Assembly (NCBI RefSeq): GCF_009914755.1
Contig: NC_060943.1
Length of the DNA stretch: 64,000 nt
Source: the human T2T-CHM13v2.0 reference genome, Homo sapiens
Reading direction: 5' to 3' (one strand)
Shown: positions 59,575-64,000 of the stretch, piece after piece
How the letters are laid out: each line of letters opens with the position of its first letter
How positions within the stretch are numbered: position 1 is the first letter of the stretch
The notes under the pieces: generated by a model
Databases searched by the model: none
The model's input: the letters and a program-made list of their open reading frames with translations, nothing else
Told to the model about the DNA's origin: nothing
Made by a program: the position numbers and the translations under genes

Positions 59575-60762
59575 TGAGCCATGAGCCACCGCACCTGTAA
59601 TTGATTCTGAGGCCAGGCACGATGGCTCACGCCTATAATCCCAGCACTTTGGGAAGCCCAGGTGGGTGGATCACTTGAGGTCAGGAGTTTGAGACCAGGC
59701 TGGCCAACATGGTGAATCCCCATCTGTACTAAAAATACAGAAATTAGCCAGGCATGGTGGCGCATGCCTGTAATCCCAGCTACTCACTCAGGAGGCTGAG
59801 GCAGGAGAATCACTTGAACCCAGGAGGCAGAGGTTACAGTGAGCTGAGATCACACCACTGCACTCCAGCCTGCGCAACAGAGTGAGACTCTGTTTCAAAA
59901 AAGAAAAAAAAAAAATTTATTCTGAGATAATCCCAGTTCCCAGTGTGAAACTATTCCTGCAGTCACTGGAAAATAATAACCACTTTCTTGTAAGGAGATG
60001 AAATTTTGGAGCTCAGATGCCGTGTTTATATTGTTATTCAGATGGCCTTTTTAACCTGTGCTTTAATGGTGAAAGTTGTAGCCACTGATGTGTGTACCAC
60101 AATGGCATTGGCTAAGTTGCTCGTCCTTTGAGATAGATGTCAATGTGATTAAAGAAATTGAGTACACCTTAGCATATGAATTAAGAAACATATTGACATA
60201 GTGATCCTCATAGTGACATAGATCAGCAGGACTTGTGTTCTGAGCACTGGTCATGACCCTGCTCATGATGAAACAGGATCTGGTCAAAACAGGATGCACT
60301 AAAGAAACCAGCTGAAAGCAGTAAAACTAAGATGGCAAGAATATGAACTCTAGTTACCCTCATTGCCTCACTGCTCATTATATGCTCATTATAATGTATT
60401 AGCATGCTAAAAGACACTCCCACCAGCACCATGGCCGTTTACAAATGCTATGGCAATGCCCAGAAGCTACCTCATGTAGTTTAAAAGAGAAGGAACCCCT
60501 GGTTCTGGGAACTCCCCACTCTTTTTCTAGAAAATTCATGAATAACCCACCTCTTATTTAGCACATAATTAAGGAGTAGCTATAAATATAGCTAGCCAAC
60601 AATCCACGGGTGCTACTTTGCCTGTGGAGTAGCCCTGCTCTGTCTGTGGAGCAGCCATTTTCCTGTTCTCTTGCTCTCATAAACTTGCTTTGCCTTCACT
60701 TTACACTCTTGGCTTGCTCTTGAATTATTTCCTTTATGAAGCCAGGAACCCTCCTGGATTGA

Positions 60763-61081
<319 letters not shown>

Positions 61082-61341
61082 TAGCCAGGATGGTCTTGAT
61101 CTCCTGACTTCATGATCTGTCCACCTCGGCCTCCCAAAGTGCTGGGATTACAGGCGTGAGCAACCGTGCCCGGCTAATTTTTTTATTTTTATTAGAGATG
61201 GGGTTTCACCATATTGGTCAGGCTGGTCTCGAACTCCTGACCTCATGATCCACCTGACTCAGCCTCCCAAAGTGTTGGGATTATAGGCATGAGCCACTGC
61301 ACCCAGCAATTTATTTATTTTTTATTTTTTATTTTTTTTGA

Positions 61342-61503
<162 letters not shown>

Positions 61504-62639
61504 TAGAGACACGGTTTCTCCATGTTGGCCAGGCTGGTCTCGAACTCCCGACCTCAGGTGATCCACCTGCCTTGGCCTCCCAAAGTGCTGGGATTACAGG
61601 TGTGAGCCACCATGTCTGGCCTTTATTTTTATTTTTTGTGGGTATATAGTAGTGTATATATTTGTAGATTACATTAGATATTTTGATGTAGCCATGCCAT
61701 ATGTGATAATCACATAGGGTAAATGGGGTCTCAGTCACCTCAACATTTATCCTCTGTATTATAAACAGTCCAGTTATACTCTTTTAGTTATTTTTAAATA
61801 TATAATTAAATTATTTTGACTATAGCCACCCTGTTATGGTAGCAAATATTAGGTCTTATTCATTTTTGCTCACTGTTTTTTGTACCCATCCTGTCATCAT
61901 GTCTTATGGAGAATTTTCTTTTGTTCCCAACAAAACAATGAAACTCGCAAAACTGACTGTAATGATTCAGTCTACGTGAATTTAAAGAGCAATCAATACT
62001 TAATGTTCTCAGCTCTGAGTGCACACATTGTAAGTCTGAATGATGCCAATGATATGGCCACTTAGATAAGTAAAGTTTGGGAGCATCTCAAATAGTATTT
62101 TTATTCTCTGGGTGCAGGATGAGCTTCCTAGAGTCTGATGTGATACCTATTTGATGCTTTTACAAAGAATCAATAATCTTCCTCCTTTGAGGTGTGAGCA
62201 GGGCTTTCCAGCAGCCCTCAGAATGTAACATGGTCTGCATTCGGTTTGCTCTTGGAGGATACCACCATTGTTGGCTGAGAGCTCTGGGAAGTACTTTACC
62301 CAGAAGGCGCTAGTTGCAAGGCCCAGGATGAGGGATTTCTGGGCATGCTTGTCAGGCCAGGGAGTACTGGGTTGGGACTGAGAAGGCACAAGAGGAGTAG
62401 TCATCTCTGCTCCCAAGTGGCAGGTCTGAGGCTCATAGGCACTGGCTGGGGTGATGCCTGCTCCACCCACAGTTGATGGCAGCAGCCACACTGAGGGACC
62501 TAGCTCAGGTAAATGCTGTGTATTACAGGCTTCACCCCAGCTAGAGTAATACAGGTAGAGGAACCAATAGGTACAAAGGCTTGGAGGTGCATCTGAGCCA
62601 TGAACATTTCAGAACCTGGTAACCATGTTGTGTCATGGA

Positions 62640-62945
62640 AAGTGGGGAACTACATTACCCAGAAAGCTCTGCTTTAAACGACAGCCGGTCAGAGCCAGTG
62701 AGCACTCGGAAAGAAGGCATTTCCACGTGTGCACGTAACGTAAGGCCGAGACTTCCGGGGTCTCTAGTAGCGGCTGTGTATCGGCGATGCGGGTGTTTCC
62801 CCAGTTTGTGGCCCCTGAGTGCTGGGTGGGACCGCGGTGACTGAACCTAGAAGGTGGAGAGGAATCCTCCTCAGTGCCCAGAGGCGGCTCTGCAGCCCCG
62901 TGACGGCGACCACTGCTCCCGGGCCGTGCTTCCCCAAGTAGTCCG
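62640..62945 (+). promoter_or_regulatory. ZNF587: ZNF587 CpG promoter and 5' UTR
   Basis: ACTACATTACCCAGAAAGCTC at 62649, ETS ACTTCCGG at 62751. Confidence 0.78.
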
Positions 62946-62978
62946 ATGGCAGCGGCTGTGCCGAGGCGCCCAACTCAG
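62946..62978 (+). CDS. ZNF587: ZNF587 exon 1 coding part (MAAAVPRRPTQ); rest of gene beyond the window
   Basis: ATG...CAG|gtaattgtgg; peptide matches the recalled ZNF587 N-terminus. Confidence 0.8.
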
Positions 62979-63118
62979 GTAATTGTGGTGCCTTCTGTGC
63001 CCTCAGGTCACCCCATCGTCACCCAGGTCCTAAACCAGCGAGGGAGCGGCTCCTGCTCGTGGGTCTGTAGCCGGTACCCGGCGTAGGGACACTGAGGCGC
63101 TCACAGGAGGCCTCTCCT

Positions 63119-63498
63119 TGTAACCGTCCAGTGGGTTCACCTTGCCAGCTGCCTAGACAGAGCCGATTTATGAAGACTGGGGAATTGCGATGGAGAAATA
63201 GTAATTCACGCAGAGCCGTCCTGCTGTTCGGGAGACAGGAGTTTTATTATTCAAATCAGTCTCCCTGAGCATTCTGGGATCAGAGTTTTCAAAATTTGGC
63301 GGGTAGGGGCTTGGGAAGTGGGGAGTGCTGATCAGTCTGGTTGGAGATGGATTCATAGGGGGTTAAAGTGAGTTTTTCATGCTGTTTTCTGTTCTGGGTG
63401 GGATGGCAGAACTGATTGACCCAGATTACCGGTCTGTGTGTTGTCCGCTGATCCATCCAGTGCAGGATCTGCAAAATGCCCCAAGCACTGATCTTAGA
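63119..63498 (-). mobile_element. LTR8 copy paralogous to 33001-33380
   Basis: Same position relative to exon 1; high similarity. Confidence 0.8.
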
Positions 63499-64000
63499 TA
63501 TTGGGGAAACCAGCCCCACACCACCCAGCAGATACCCCGAGTCCTGCGGAGACAAAGGAGTTAGAAAGAGACAGAATACGCATTTAAAAGGCGGGTCCAG
63601 GTGGCCAGAGCATTGGAGGCTTCCTGGCGGCCCAGAGCTCTTGGGCTCCACCCAGTTTATTGGTTTACAAGCTCTTTGTTCTTATGGCTGATTGGAGGGG
63701 GAGGAAGGGATCAGGAAAAGGATTAATCAGTAAAGGAGAACTCGTGAGTCATTCCATAAGATGTAAAGCACTGGCCGTTTCTGTGAATTTCCTTGAACAA
63801 AGGCGTGTGTCTAAACTACTTAAGATCTTTAACTTAACTGAAACGGGTGGCTGCGGGTTTCAGGAGGAGCCAAGATGTTTGATTATGCTCCACTGCTTCA
63901 AGGGAGTGTGATCTCCCTGAGCAACCCACGGAATGCTGCTGAAGAGTTATGCTCTCGGGGCATAAAGACATGAAGGCAATAAGGAGACTTTTCTCCTCAG
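63499..64000 (-). mobile_element. ERVK LTR14B-like LTR nested in LTR8 (runs off the window)
   Basis: Reverse strand ctgaggagaaaagtctccttattgccttcatgtctttatgccccgagagcataac...gtggggctggtttccccaa; absent from the 33 kb copy. Confidence 0.7.

Overview
Primate (almost certainly human) Alu- and ERV-dense DNA from a KRAB zinc-finger gene cluster. By recalled protein sequence it is the 19q13.43 ZNF586-ZNF552-ZNF587B-ZNF587 region; gene and repeat family names come from memory, not a search. It holds two complete three-exon KRAB-A/C2H2 genes: ZNF552 on - (407 aa) and ZNF587B on + (633 aa). These form an inverted duplication. Also present are the first exon of ZNF587, an orphan ZNF417/587-type promoter and first exon at 32.8 kb, an orphan ZNF586-like KRAB exon whose finger exon is deleted, an FKBP1A processed pseudogene, a U2 snRNA 5' fragment, a deleted HERV-I (LTR10) provirus, an HERV-E 5' fragment, three HERV-K LTR5 solo LTRs and other LTRs, L1/L2 remnants and dozens of Alus. 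I see no wholly new biological system. The most interesting signal is a readable record of KRAB-ZNF module shuffling: KRAB exons apparently homogenised by gene conversion while fingers diverge, gene parts deleted at Alu/LTR junctions, an orphan promoter that could serve a neighbouring gene, and paralog-specific regulatory features.
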